From NCBI GenBank assembly GCA_964270895.1, contig OZ185444.1: 64,000 bases of DNA; one strand, 5' to 3'. The notes below the pieces were generated by a model, which saw only the letters and a program-made list of their open reading frames with translations, searched no databases and was not told the DNA's origin. The stretch's first letter is position 1. Each line of letters begins with the position of its first letter. This document shows positions 1 through 25,057 of the stretch, one piece after another. Position numbers and translations under genes: made by a program. Origin of the DNA: Podarcis filfolensis. Taxonomy: Eukaryota.

Positions 1-79
1 CTTGCTCTTTAGAAATGTTCCCCATTTTCTAATTTTCTTTCATTTTTAGCAAATACGTTCATATTGGAATTGTAAATAC

Positions 80-13233
<13,154 letters not shown>

Positions 13234-13959
13234 TGCCACCTCTTGTGCTTCTACTCCACTGCCTTTAGAAAGGTCTCAATGCAAATGTAAGAACTATCAA
13301 CGTGTAAGGAAAGAACATTCCCTTTTGTTCTGAATACAGCTGTATTCGGGATCTAAATTCTATTTCCTCTTAAAGGGAGACCTCCAGTTGAGAGTTTTAT
13401 TCAAAGGGTTACTTATACTAATTGTAAAACAGACGGTACCTTCTCCAGGTTTGTTGAAGTGCTCACAGATTGAGAGTGGTTGCTAGACAGTGCGCAAATT
13501 CAAACTTCCAGAATTTCTCTCATTGTTACCTTGGTTCTTATGACATCATCACAAAGGCCACCATACGACCCCTCAAACTGGGAGTGCTCGCTTATTTTCA
13601 TTGCTCCTATGTTTAAAAGAGGAAGAAAACAGTGATTTTTGTGTAGCCTTTTCATCTCGTCGTACCTTACTCAGTAGAATTTAATTAAGAGAAGAACATC
13701 TGTAACTTATATAATTAAGAGAAGCACAAGGATGGGAGTGAAAGCAAGTGAAAACGTCAGCTCCTGCCCTCTTCAATAATTGCCTGCCTGCCAAAGCCTT
13801 GGTTTTTAAATATATCTTGATCATTGATCACTGCTGACTGGCATATCTACCCTACAAACTGAAGTTCCTTGGGAGTGATTCTGTACATTTCTGGAGGGAG
13901 GGATTCCTGTTTTGCCTCCTTTAAATTATCCTCTCCAGTCCCACAGAGTTCTGTTTGTC

Positions 13960-14590
13960 ATTAAATGACAAGATTATTGGAGGATTTGGAGTTCAGTGTC
14001 ATTAGTATTGCAGTTAATACTCAGTTACATCTCTGCTTTTCCTCAAATATTAGTGAAGCAGTGGAATCCCTGAATCATGACACAAAATCAGTAACATGCT
14101 GGATGAAGGCCAATTATCTAGAAAAGATATGGATTAAGGTGGTTACCAGGACTCTGGATTGTGGAATGAATGAATGGTCTACCCAATATAGAGTCTCACC
14201 GCTCCTGAAAGAACAAATTTGCATTCTATGACTTCTGCATCTGGCCTTATTCCTAGACTATCAAGTGGTGGTTGTGATCAGGAGTAACTCCTCCTAGCTT
14301 CACCCGGTACACCAGCTGCAATCTCCTTTGATGATGCAGCCTTTGTGAACTATGCTTTGCAATATCTAGATTGGATTAATGTCCTGGAAGACCTTGCTGG
14401 CCTTTTCCCACCTGGCCTGTTAGGGCGGTGTATTTTTACTTTTAGCTTTTATTATTATTTTATATGCAAACTGTTCAATTTGGCTGTGCACTTTTTAATG
14501 CATTTTGGTTATTGCTTATTACTGCTATTGTTATGTTTGTAATTATGCAAATCTTTTCAAGTTGTAAGCTGCCATGAGCCTGGCTTTATC
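13960..14590 (+). mobile_element. Old L2-like LINE 3' fragment
   Basis: Degenerate DTQL/EAVESLN...WMKAN motifs and an L2-like 3' end; boundaries approximate. Confidence 0.45.
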
Positions 14591-16149
14591 TATGGAAAGG
14601 CTTTAAGGTCATAAACTTTTAAAGGGAGTTGCTTTCAAATTGGAGAATGGTTGTTTCAATCCTTGTAAAAAATATTGTTACTATGCATTTAGTTATATTT
14701 ACAATTAATATTTTTGTGTGGTTTCTTTGATAACTGTTGTTGGAAACCAGTGTACATGTTTAATAAACATAGTTTACATTTTATACAGGACTTGTTTTCT
14801 GCCTTAAAAATTGAGCTAGTCACACCAAAAAACACACAATGAGTTTAGAAATAAGTTTTAAATAAGCAGAACATTAGAAGAAGAAGAAACAATGAGAAAA
14901 GGTTAATGTAAAAGACTGGTCCTGAACTTCTTGCTATTAAAGCTTGGGAAAACATAGAACAGTACCGGCTACAGCTATTCAGCCTGTGTATGCAACCTTA
15001 TAAAGCATGTTTACCCTAATGGCTCTTGTAGTTCTGTGGCAACTGGTGTTCCTTCCATAAATGAAACCATGAATAAGTCATCTGAATGAAGAAACAAGCT
15101 GATTTGGTATTATTTTAAAATAATATATGTGGCTAGTGTCAGTTCTCCATGTGTTTAGTAACACTGAAACCCTAGAATTCAATAGTCAGAAGGAAGTTCC
15201 ATTGTTTTCAGTGGGGCTTCCTCCAACTTAATCTGTATGTAATTGAAGCCAAAAGTAACATTGATCTAATTCAGTCTAATGCTTGACATGGAGAAAGGGC
15301 ACGCTTATTTTTATGACAGCTCATAGTATAATAATAGAGAAGCAAAACACTTCTGCTGAACAGGCTACATATCTAATAGAATATTTATAATAGTAACTTG
15401 TGAACATAGATTTCTCTACAACCCTTACATTTAATTTTAAAGACTAGCCATCATTTCCCCACACAAAGGGAAATCACCTGAAGACTTGTCTATGCAACAC
15501 AGAAACTTTTTCAGAGTTATGGAAGCTAACCGCTGGACACATGCTATAGAAAATGAACTAAATTGCCCATTTAGATGTAACTACCGGTACATTACCAAAC
15601 AGCAGCTGCAGGGATAAACATCCAGCGAGTGCACAGATCTAGCCTGTAAAATGGTATAAACTCTGGAGATGTATATTTTAAACGGTATTTCCTTCCTGAA
15701 TAACCACACACCACTTTGGTAATTAAGCAATATATAAATATCTAAAACGTGTGTGTTGCCAGTGCCCTCAAAAGACGGCGCTCCATTTGAAACATTGTTC
15801 AATTCAGTCCTCTATCTGAATGCATTGCTGGAGTTGTCCAAATCCATTTTTAAAGTATATATGTGTACAGCTTTAATTCTATCAACTTGGCTTCTTCTTT
15901 CTTTTGAGCGGCTCCTCTTTTTCACTGCCAGCCGCCTTGAGTCCCGTCGGGGGTGAAAGGCGGAGTATAAATACTAACAAACCAAGTGGAAAAAGCTGGC
16001 CATCAACAGGGAGCACCTGGGTGCTTCTTGCTGACTGGAAAGCCATGCGGGTCACTTTGCTCATACTTTTCCCCGCTAGGGGGAGATGTACTGTCTTAAT
16101 TCCAAGCACAATCATTTCTAACTCTTCAAGTCTGGCATATGCAAAAGCT

Positions 16150-16670
16150 GCGCTCTCTTTATTAGGGACGAGCGAGCGGCCCGACCAGCCCCTCTGCGCT
16201 GACGTCACGCGAGAACGAGTCCCTCAGCTTCCCTCCCGGACTACATTTCCCGGCACCCCTTTCAGCCGGGCCTAGCTACGCTTGCTGCTCCGGTCGCCGC
16301 CGGGGGGAGGCAGCCTCTAGGCCTACTGCTGCTAATCACCGGCGTCGCGTGCGGGCCGGCCGGCCGGCCGCTGCCTGCTCCGAGGCCGGAGGGACCACCA
16401 TGAGCCGCCTGGGCTCGGTGCAGCAGAAGGTGGCCTGCCTGTTCGTGACCCAGGTGAAGGAGGAGCCCTCGGCCAAGAGGGAGCGCCAGGTATGCGGCGG
16501 GGAAGGCAGAGCGAGCCCCGCGCCCGCCGGGGGAAAGCCGGCGGCGGGGAAGAAGAAGCCAGCGCGGGGGCGGCGGGGGAGGAGGGTCGGCAGCTGGGAA
16601 AGGAAGGCGCTTCTTCTTCCCCGACTGCCTTCTTGATCGCCTCGCCTCGTGTTTTCAGCCCACGTGAGGC
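16150..16670. promoter_or_regulatory. CpG island / bidirectional promoter of RLIG1 (+) and C12orf50 (-)
   Basis: Abrupt GC- and CpG-rich stretch around the RLIG1 ATG; perfect CRE TGACGTCA at 16200-16207; ACTACATTTCCCGGCA at 16240-16255 (ZNF143/THAP11-type ACTACAnnTCCC motif). Confidence 0.85.
16400..16489 (+). CDS. RLIG1: RLIG1 exon 1 ([30 protein letters not shown])
   Basis: ACCACCATGA Kozak, CAG|GTATGC donor, inside the CpG island. Confidence 0.95.
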
Positions 16671-16673
16671 GGC

Positions 16674-16714
<41 letters not shown>

Positions 16715-19700
16715 ATTATTATTGACCCTTCAGCCTGTGCTTCGCATGCAAGGGCACTTTACCTGCGTGCACCTTTCCTTGTAGGAATGTCTGCAGGAGC
16801 GAAATGGCCCTGAATTGTTTTGAGGACGTTTTGGGGCACCTTTCTCTGCTTCCTGGCCCTTGCTAGGGTGGGTCGTTAGTTACTTGAGCATCATATTTGG
16901 GCCAAGACTTAGCTCGGCTTAGCCTCCCCCCCCAAAAAAAAACCACCCATCCACCCATTTCTAGGCCTGCACACAACATCAACACCACTACCCCTCCTTT
17001 GGAATATATGAGTCTCATTTAACGCAACAGGTGTATCATATTTTATTTTTGCACCTGCTGCTCAAGTAAGTGCTCTCTGTTTGTCATTTACATTGATCTA
17101 CTCAAGTGCCATCAGTAGCTGGAGTGGGCTGGATACTTGTGAAGGTGAAGATCCCTCCCTGCTTTCCCCTCTCGGGTATATTTTCGCATTCAGGCTGAAC
17201 CATTATAATGCACTGAGCGAGTTCCTTAATAACTTTTCTGTATTCAGATGCTAAGAAACAGCAGTAACCGCAAACCATCAGAATACATCTCACTCTTTCT
17301 CTGCTTAAGTTTGATGGAAGAAAAGGTTACATTACAAGTTGGATTTTCATAGTGTAGCCATCTTTTAATGAGATTATCCCTGTGATTTCAAAGTAATAAA
17401 CATAGCTACGTACCATTATTTTGTTGGTGATGCGGCTTCTAATTTCAAACTGAAGCCTTGAGAGCAACTGTTGTTCCCATGATAAATGATGCATGGAATC
17501 TTTGTTGCCATGGATATAGTAGCTTTTAAGATTCTGTAACCCTAGGCTTGATTCCTTCAAAATGGAGAACCCTCTCAAAATGACTTTGAAATTCAGTAGG
17601 AAACGGAGAGTCTACATTTCATCCTGTGAATCGATGTTGTTATCATTACTTGTGAAATTTATATACCGCTCTTCATATAAATATCATAGGGCGGTTTACA
17701 ACATAGAAATGATGGCTGTATAGTGTCATGGAATCAATGTTATTAAGAATGAAAGTTGCTGGGTTTGGGGGCAGACATGGGGGTGGGGATGGAGAGCTAA
17801 TTCCTGCCTTGAAAAAAGTTATACTTCCAAAATACTTTGACACCTATTTTCTCCTTAGCCTTTTAAAGTGCTGGCCACCGAAACAATTAATCCAAAGGCA
17901 TTGGATGCAGATATATACAGTGCGGTCCCAACTGAAAAGGTGGATGGAACTTGCTGCTACATAACTATGCACAAAGGTAACGTGAAAGAGCTCTGTTAAG
18001 TAGGCCTTTTTATAGTGAAAATATGCTGTACATAATTCAAAATATGGGCTTTATCCATACTGAATTCATGGCTAAGGGAAGTGTTGGGCTCCTGTCGATG
18101 GTCAGAGGCTGAAGGATAGGGAGGACAGCCTCCTGCATTTGCCCAGGCTGAGGGAGATGAGTACATCAGCCCACACTATCTTCACTGATAAGAACAGTGA
18201 TAGCCTGATGTCACTGTAGCCACCTTGGGCAAGCCAGACCTTGGGCAATTGGCTTAGTCGCCTCCTTCCATTTCTCTATAGCCCCCCCCCCCCCCAATTG
18301 AGTGAGCAAGGTTTTCCTCACCACATATTGATTGGCAAAAGGGACTGGCTGTTCTCTTCTCCCCCTACACATGACTCTCACTTGCAGGCATCTGGGCCCC
18401 ATGCTTTCTCTAGACGCTTTTGTAAGTTTCCTTCCTCTAGGCCAGTGTGGAACCACGGGGCTACTATCCCTCTAGCAGGCCAGCAGAAATTTGTGCAGAT
18501 TCGTAACTCTTGTGGGTTTACTTCCAAGACTGTTGTAAGAGCTTATACGAGCAGCTGCTCCATGCCATAGTTAAAAGCAATATTCAGTACTTGTTGAAAG
18601 CAGTTGTCTATATTTTTGCTTGTTTGTTGTAAGGAACTCCATGATAAATTTTGATGCCATTTTGTTCACTATAGGGCAGCCATACCTTTGGGCCCGGTTG
18701 GATAGAAAACCAAACAAGCAAGCCGAGAAAAGATTTAAACGTTTTATGCACTCAGCAGGCGACTCAAAAGGTTAGTGGCTATTTTTTTGGTAACCAAGAG
18801 CTTATTTATTTTAAAGATTTTATTGGTTTACAAAAGTACATGTCCTATCTCTTTTGGTTGTACAGTCTGTCCTACAAATCAGTTACATTTGTTGTGAGAC
18901 ATTAGTGTTGAGTACAGTATAATGTTGAGGAAGAAGAGGGGGAAGAGGAGGAGTGGGGTGGTGAGGCTTATATTCTTTCGTATAGTGTACATGTGGGGTT
19001 TTGTGTCAGCATCAACTGGGTAGGTTTTCTTTTGTTTATTACATTTCCTTGGTAGTGAGATGTATTGGGGGGCAGGGTGTGGCTGGTTGACTGTGGTTGA
19101 CTGCAGTGGGGTTTGTTTGCATTTGGGGGGCCTTGTAGGGTCAGGTAAACCAGATTGATTCATATGCTGTCAGTAGATTCTTGTCGTTGTCTTGTTGGGC
19201 TGATAAAGGAGAGCCATACTGGGGTGACGTCATCGTCTTCTATTTGTCCCTGTGTCAATTTCAATTTATTGGTTAGCTTTTCTAGCAAGGTCATTTCCCA
19301 TACAATTTGATACCATTGGTTCATGTTTACTCCTGAAAATTCCCTTCAGTGTCTAACTATGAGGCTTCTGGCTGCTGAGAGTAGGTGGGTTATAAACTAT
19401 ATAATGTGAGTGGTCATTATGATCTTGGAAGATGTTCAGTAGGGCCAATTCTGGGGTGAGTTCTAATACCTGTTTAGCTATTTTGCATATCTCTTGTAGG
19501 ACTGCTGTCCAGAAGGGTTGGATTTTAGGGCATTCCCACTACATCTGGAGGTATGTGCCTGTGAAGGTGCAGCCTCTCCAACATCTTGGTGAGGTTTCTG
19601 GGCATATCCGTGCCAGTTTCTGTGGTGTTAAGTACCACCTGTAGATGAGTTTCAGAGTGAGTTCCCTTCTTTTGGCTGACACGGACTTAAAAGGAGGTTT

Positions 19701-22700
19701 AGACCACATTCTAGACCATTGTGCGGAGTTTATTTCATAGCCTATGTCATGCTCCCATGGTCCTTTATTGCATCAAGGGGGGTTGTGGGATTTTGGAACA
19801 GTATTTTATATATTGTGGATACCATTCCTTTACTGTGTTCCTCTGCTGTCAGGAGAAGGTTTTTGAAGGTGGTCAAGGGGCTAGAGGCTGCTGATTCTAC
19901 TGTTGGATTGTTTAAGAAGGCATGTAGTTGATGATGTGTTAGCCAAGTTATTTGGGTGTTCCCTAGTTTGTCCTGTATTTCTTGTGTTGGTATGGGTTTG
20001 CTGTTGTTGTAGAACTCTTTTAGACAGTGTTGGCCTTTGGCTAGCCTGGTTTTTATCTGGAGGTTTTATGCTGCATGTTGGAATAGTGGGTGGTAGGCCA
20101 GGGGGGTTAGTGGGGATGGGGATAGTTTGCCTACTTTTCCATTCCATGCTTTAAGCATGGACTGTTCAGTGTTGTGGAGATTTTCTTTAGTTTGTTTTGG
20201 AGAAATGGGGGTGCTGTTGTGGGGATGCTTTCAATGGTTTCTTTCTTCAAGTGGACCCATTGTTTTGTCTCGTCTTCTAGAATATACTGGATTATGTGGC
20301 GTACGTGGTTGGTGATGTAATATGATTCTATTTTGGGGATTCCCTATCCTTCTGAGGTGGGGAAGCACAGGTATTTGAGGCTTATTCTTGACTTTTTGTA
20401 TGAGAAAATAAACGAGGGTAGTTTTTTTCTGCCACTTCTGGAGTTGGGCTGGGGGAATCCAGGTTTGGAATAAATAGATTAGTTTTGGGAGGGTGATCAT
20501 TTTGCTCATGGCTATTTTGTCTGAGAGGGTGAAGTTGGTGTCGTTCCATTTCCTCAAGTCTCTGTTGATTTGCCATCATGTGCACGTGCTCCTTTCTTCT
20601 TGTTGACTGGAACATCAACATTTTTAGGAGGAATGTAGGAAGGTTCAAAAAGTAAATGCTTCTAAATGGGTGGGGCTGCCTTTAAAAGGTGACTTGGAAG
20701 CTACAATTAATCCAGAATGCAGCAGCTAGACTGGTAACTGGGAGCGGCCACCGGGACCACATAATGCCGGTCCTAAAGGATCTACATTAGCTCCAAGCAC
20801 AATTCAGAACGTTGGTGTTGACATTTAAAGCCCTACAAGATTTCAGCACTGTATACCTAAAGGAGCATCTCCATGCTCATTGTTCAGCCCAGACATGGAG
20901 GTCAGTTCTGAGGGCCTTCAACAAGGAACCACACAGGTGGTCTTTTTGGTAGTCACACCTGCCATGTACATTGCATGTACCTCCTGCCAGATGTGAAAGA
21001 GTTAAACAACTGTATAATTTCTCGTAGACATCTGAAGGCAGCCTTATTTGGGGAAGCCTTTAATGTTTGATGTTGCTGCTGCTGCTGCTTTTCCTGCATT
21101 TTTGCTGGAAGTCATCCAGAGTGATTGGGGTAAGCCAGTCAGATGGGTGGGGTATAAGAAAAATAATTATACATACAAATGCAGAATCAGCATTTTAATA
21201 TCTTTGATAATACTCTTAACAGAGCAGTCCATACTACTTAAATTTATAAAATCCATGTAATCAATTGCTATTGCCAGTTTTGTTTGTCTTAGGATGAATT
21301 GTGTCAATACTTCTTCAGAAGATAGATAACAAGTGTATTTCATATTCTTGCCTCCAGGATTTACTTGGAATATTGAAGATGACTTCAAGCCTGTCCCTGA
21401 ATGCTGGATTCCAACAAAGGAAATAGAGTACTGCAATGGAAAACCTTTTCCTGATGAAAATGGACATATTCCAGGTAGAAAAACATAGCTTAACACCAGA
21501 AAAATCTGTTCCAAACTTTAGTCATTTAGAGATCTTAAATACTTTATGTAATAATTTATTAATTTACTCATTCAACAATTATAACTGAAAAACAAGCCAC
21601 CCATATAAATTTGTTCTAGAGTGGCCTATCAATATTGTAAACAAGTAAGTTGGGAATTACCATGTCAAAAGTCATACTTGCATGGTGAATTAGTCCTTGT
21701 ATAGCCTATTTCTTGTTCAGGTAGCTTGATATAGCTTGTTTACCTTCACTATATTATTGAGGGACTAAGGTTGAAATGTCATGACAGGGCTGATCTGAAT
21801 AACATGCATTCTCCAGATCACACTGAAGTGCAATATTGAGACAGAATTGTTGGAGGCGTTCCCTAGTGAGCAATATAAATTTGGATATATGCAAGACCTC
21901 AGTGTCCGATTAGAGATTATTTTTTAACCATTGGTTTTTCATATTTGAGCAGTATTAATGTTCATATCACCTGTAATATTTTTATAAACAATGGAGCCAA
22001 CCTAAATAGGGGGAAAATATTGTTTTGTTTTTTTACAGGCTGGGTGCCCGTGGAACAAAACAGCAAACAATATTGTTGGCATACCTCTGTTGTTGACTAT
22101 GAATTTGAACTAGCGCTCATTCTGAAGAATCACACTGAGGAACCTGGTCTTCTGGAAATTAGTCTAGTGCCCTTATCAGATCTCTCAGAACAAACTCTGG
22201 AGCTTATTGGAACGAGCATTAATGCAAATCCATATGGTAAGCATATCTTATATTCATCAACAAGATATTTTTCTGAGAGCTTTATATCAGGCACTGGTAA
22301 TAAACACTGTGTACGATTATTGCAAACACAATCTTTTAAGAATTACAATACACAGCAAAACCTTTGGCAAACAAACATAATAATATGCAGCTTGCTTGAA
22401 GTGTTTACAACTAAACAAATAACAAATAAAAGCATCATGTTGATAAAGCCTAGAGCAGTGGTCGGCTGAGCTGCAGCAAATAGAAGGGTTCCTGTCTGTC
22501 TTTAGCTGAATTGCTCAGACTCTAGAAACAAAATATTTGGAAAACGGCTACAAGTAGCATGGAGCTATAAAAGCAAAAGCCCAAGAGAGTTGGCTAAGGG
22601 AGTATCATTGACGATTAGGAAATAAAGGTGGGACTTGGAAACTTCCGTAATACAATAAAATAGTTGATTGTATTTGTTTAATAATCTTTTAAATAGGCTT

Positions 22701-23683
22701 AGGAGACAAGAAACATCCTATCCACTTTCTCGTACCACATGGAACATTTCAAATAAAAAATGCCCCTCCACTGAATCATGATGACATATTGTCTTGGTTT
22801 GATGAAAGCAAAGAAGGGAAAATTGAAGGAATTGTATGGCATTGTGCTGATGGAAACTTAATTAAGGTAATTCTGAAAGATTTATTGAATAACCAACATC
22901 TTGATTTTATCTACGAATGAAAGGCCTTTAGTTCAGTAGCTTCAACATGCTGCCAAGTTTATTTTTTAAAAATTGAGCAAAGAAGAAAATGGATTTTCAG
23001 CTGCAATTGAAAGCTTAGTAAAAAAACAAACCACCAAATTATGTTATCATTTAATTCCCTAGAAGCACTTTCACATTATACATGAATGCATTTCAACATA
23101 CCAGTGCTTACAGAAAAAGTTGCATAAAACATGCAAATATACACATGTGAATCCATATAATATCTTGGTGTTTGCTCATCATTCAATCTATTTGGCTGTT
23201 TATTTTAGAAGAAAGCCATGGGAATGAAATATTAAGCCTCCAGAGTCATTTCCAGATGTCAGTTTTGATTTGGTGCAATTTGTATCTTCTATTTTATGCT
23301 TGTAATGTAATTTTGGAGAAAAGAATGGAGTAGCTGTTTCAAACACAAGCAGGAAAGGATGAAGCCTTCAATCATCAAGAATTTAAAAACATGTCTCAGT
23401 GATTGAGTATTAAAATGTGTCCGTGCAATTGTTTCAGACTCTGATCTGGTACTTAGTGCAGTTAGTAATGTAATTGTTTTTCTTTTCTTCATAGCTCCAT
23501 CGGCATCATCTTGGCTTGTGCTGGCCAATTGCAGACCCTCAATTGATTTCTCAGCCAGTTGTTATCACCTTTAGTGGTGCCAAATACAACTATAATTTTG
23601 AGCCAAAGACACTTTTCCATTATTTTTCAAAATTGGAGGGACAAAGATTCAATAGTCTCAGAGATATAGTAAGTAATCTGTGA
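16400..23683 (+). CDS. RLIG1: RNA 5'-phosphate/3'-OH ligase 1 (C12orf29), 7 exons, 325 aa
   Basis: Exons 16400-16489, 17859-17976, 18675-18770, 21358-21474, 22039-22236, 22697-22866, 23495-23683 sum to 978 nt (325 aa + TGA), all GT-AG. Nucleotidyltransferase motif I TEKVDG has its Lys at residue 57 (17937-17939). Also contains [16 protein letters not shown] and [10 protein letters not shown]. Confidence 0.97.
16674..16723. repeat. (ATT)n microsatellite at the 3' edge of the CpG island
   Basis: Direct reading. Confidence 0.98.
17859..17976 (+). CDS. RLIG1: RLIG1 exon 2 (PFKVLATET...[16 protein letters not shown])
   Basis: ttttctccttag acceptor, AAG|GTAACG donor; carries motif I KxDG. Confidence 0.96.
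18675..18770 (+). CDS. RLIG1: RLIG1 exon 3 ([23 protein letters not shown]...)
   Basis: cactatag acceptor, AAG|GTTAGT donor, 96 nt. Confidence 0.96.
18802..20645 (-). mobile_element. L1-clade LINE, 5'-truncated 3' portion of ORF2, antisense in RLIG1 intron 3
   Basis: A-rich tail at ~18802-18830; ORF2 motifs [13 protein letters not shown] and C-terminal [14 protein letters not shown]...CWRGC..TGT...[10 protein letters not shown]; contains stops and frameshifts. Confidence 0.8.
20672..21075 (+). mobile_element. L2 LINE 3' fragment
   Basis: [26 protein letters not shown]; same family as 61790-62640. Confidence 0.8.
21358..21474 (+). CDS. RLIG1: RLIG1 exon 4 ([18 protein letters not shown]...PDENGHIP)
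   Basis: cttgcctccag acceptor, CAG|GTAGAA donor, 117 nt. Confidence 0.96.
22039..22236 (+). CDS. RLIG1: RLIG1 exon 5 ([14 protein letters not shown]...[12 protein letters not shown])
   Basis: ttttttacag acceptor, ATG|GTAAGC donor, 198 nt. Confidence 0.96.
22697..22866 (+). CDS. RLIG1: RLIG1 exon 6 ([15 protein letters not shown]...[14 protein letters not shown])
   Basis: ttttaaatag acceptor, AAG|GTAATT donor, 170 nt. Confidence 0.96.
23495..23683 (+). CDS. RLIG1: RLIG1 exon 7 ([15 protein letters not shown]...LRDIVSNL*)
   Basis: ttttcttcatag acceptor, TGA at 23681-23683. Confidence 0.95.
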   Translation, partial: LHRHHLGLCWPIADPQLISQPVVITFSGAKYNYNFEPKTLFHYFSKLEGQRFNSLRDIVSNL

Positions 23684-23844
23684 CCAAATTTTTTTTATAA
23701 AAAAAGTAGGCATCTGTGTGATTGTTCATTCCTTAGATAGGGGATGTCAAAAGGTTTCCATTGTTGAAATGTAATGTAAATAGTATTTAGGCAACACATG
23801 GCTCAATGTGTACATGTATATATAACATACTGCTGCTTATTATG

Positions 23845-23910
23845 TAGCAGACAAGCCACAAATAAAAATCTATAAACTTTTGAGTGGGGTTTTTTTTTTT
23901 TTATTGTGTG
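23845..23910. terminator. Candidate back-to-back polyadenylation signals of RLIG1 (+) and CEP290 (-)
   Basis: AATAAA on + at 23861-23866 followed by T13 (23890-23902) and TGTGTG; AATAAA on - at 23905-23900 followed by a U/GU-rich tract. Confidence 0.5.
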
Positions 23911-25057
23911 GGAAACATACCTATTGAAGTGATGGTTACGTACCTGAAATCTCCTGCTTTTTGTTTTAAATTATTGTATAGTTTGTACATTCAGTTGTGG
24001 TAATGACTAGTTTGTATGGATGAATTTCTTCTGGCAACGTATAACTGAAAAGCATATTTAAATTTTGCAACAGATCAAACTATAAAGTGAAAGAAAAATT
24101 TCCTAAACGCTTTTTTTTAACAGAATGCTTTACTGTCAAACTTTTGAGGAGTAGAACATTATTCTTCACTAACTTAGGGTCAATTGAGTAGCCACGGGGT
24201 AGCTTTATATTTTATACTCTGCTACAAATATTGTAGCAAAAAATACTTGTGTGCATTAAATCAATTCTGAAGAGTTGCTGTGTGCAAATTCATTGCTGTT
24301 TCCTCAAAAATACATACATGTGATTTTGTTGCTTCCATATATTTTCAAAGGAGCAACATATATCTTATGAGTAATAAAAGTAAGATACACGTGTATATGT
24401 CATGGAATACAATGTTTGAGAAGCCACTGGCATTTGTTTTAAAATGTTTAAATTAATAAGATACATTTCTTTTGAAATGCATATGTTACAATACTACTGT
24501 ACATTGTTTGCTTAAATGATGTTAGGGCAGCTTTACGTAAAGTCGCTTCTGATAATGAAACTAAAATTCAGTCGTACTAATGGAACGCAAAAAATGAGAA
24601 GTAAACTTGTTTAGCAAGTTTGTATATATTTTATTAGATAAAGCCCATATTTCTGGACTGTCATTTTTAGGGTAAATAAGCATTAAACTGTTTGAATAAT
24701 ACACTAGTAATGAACAAATGTAGAAAAATAAATAATTTCTAAACTGCATTCAGTTTTATACCTTCACTGCAAGCACATCAATGTAAGATCTATAAAAATA
24801 TAATACTGACTATATAATAAATTAGCACAAAAAACAACAGTGTAATAGTACTATACCTTTAGTCCTTACTTTTGCTCCTGTGTTTGCAGAAGTGAAAACA
24901 AGCAGTAGCTCATGGAGATGCTTGCTTTGGCAAGAGCTGAAACACATTTCTGAGAAAGTATAAAAAAAGCTTGTTTGACCCCTGACATAAGAATGTTCTT
25001 GTTTCTTTTCTGTGCCAAGCCTCAGGTCTTCTTTAAAAACATTCTGTACTTTTTCAT

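Noticed and set aside
15882-16275. Overlapping ORFs of 108 aa (-) and 123 aa (+) beside the promoter
   Set aside because: Non-ATG starts, no recognisable domain, and GC-rich promoter/UTR sequence where long chance ORFs are expected.
16492-16725. 77-aa ORF ending in poly-Ile
   Set aside because: Artefact of the GC-rich start of intron 1 plus the (ATT)n microsatellite.
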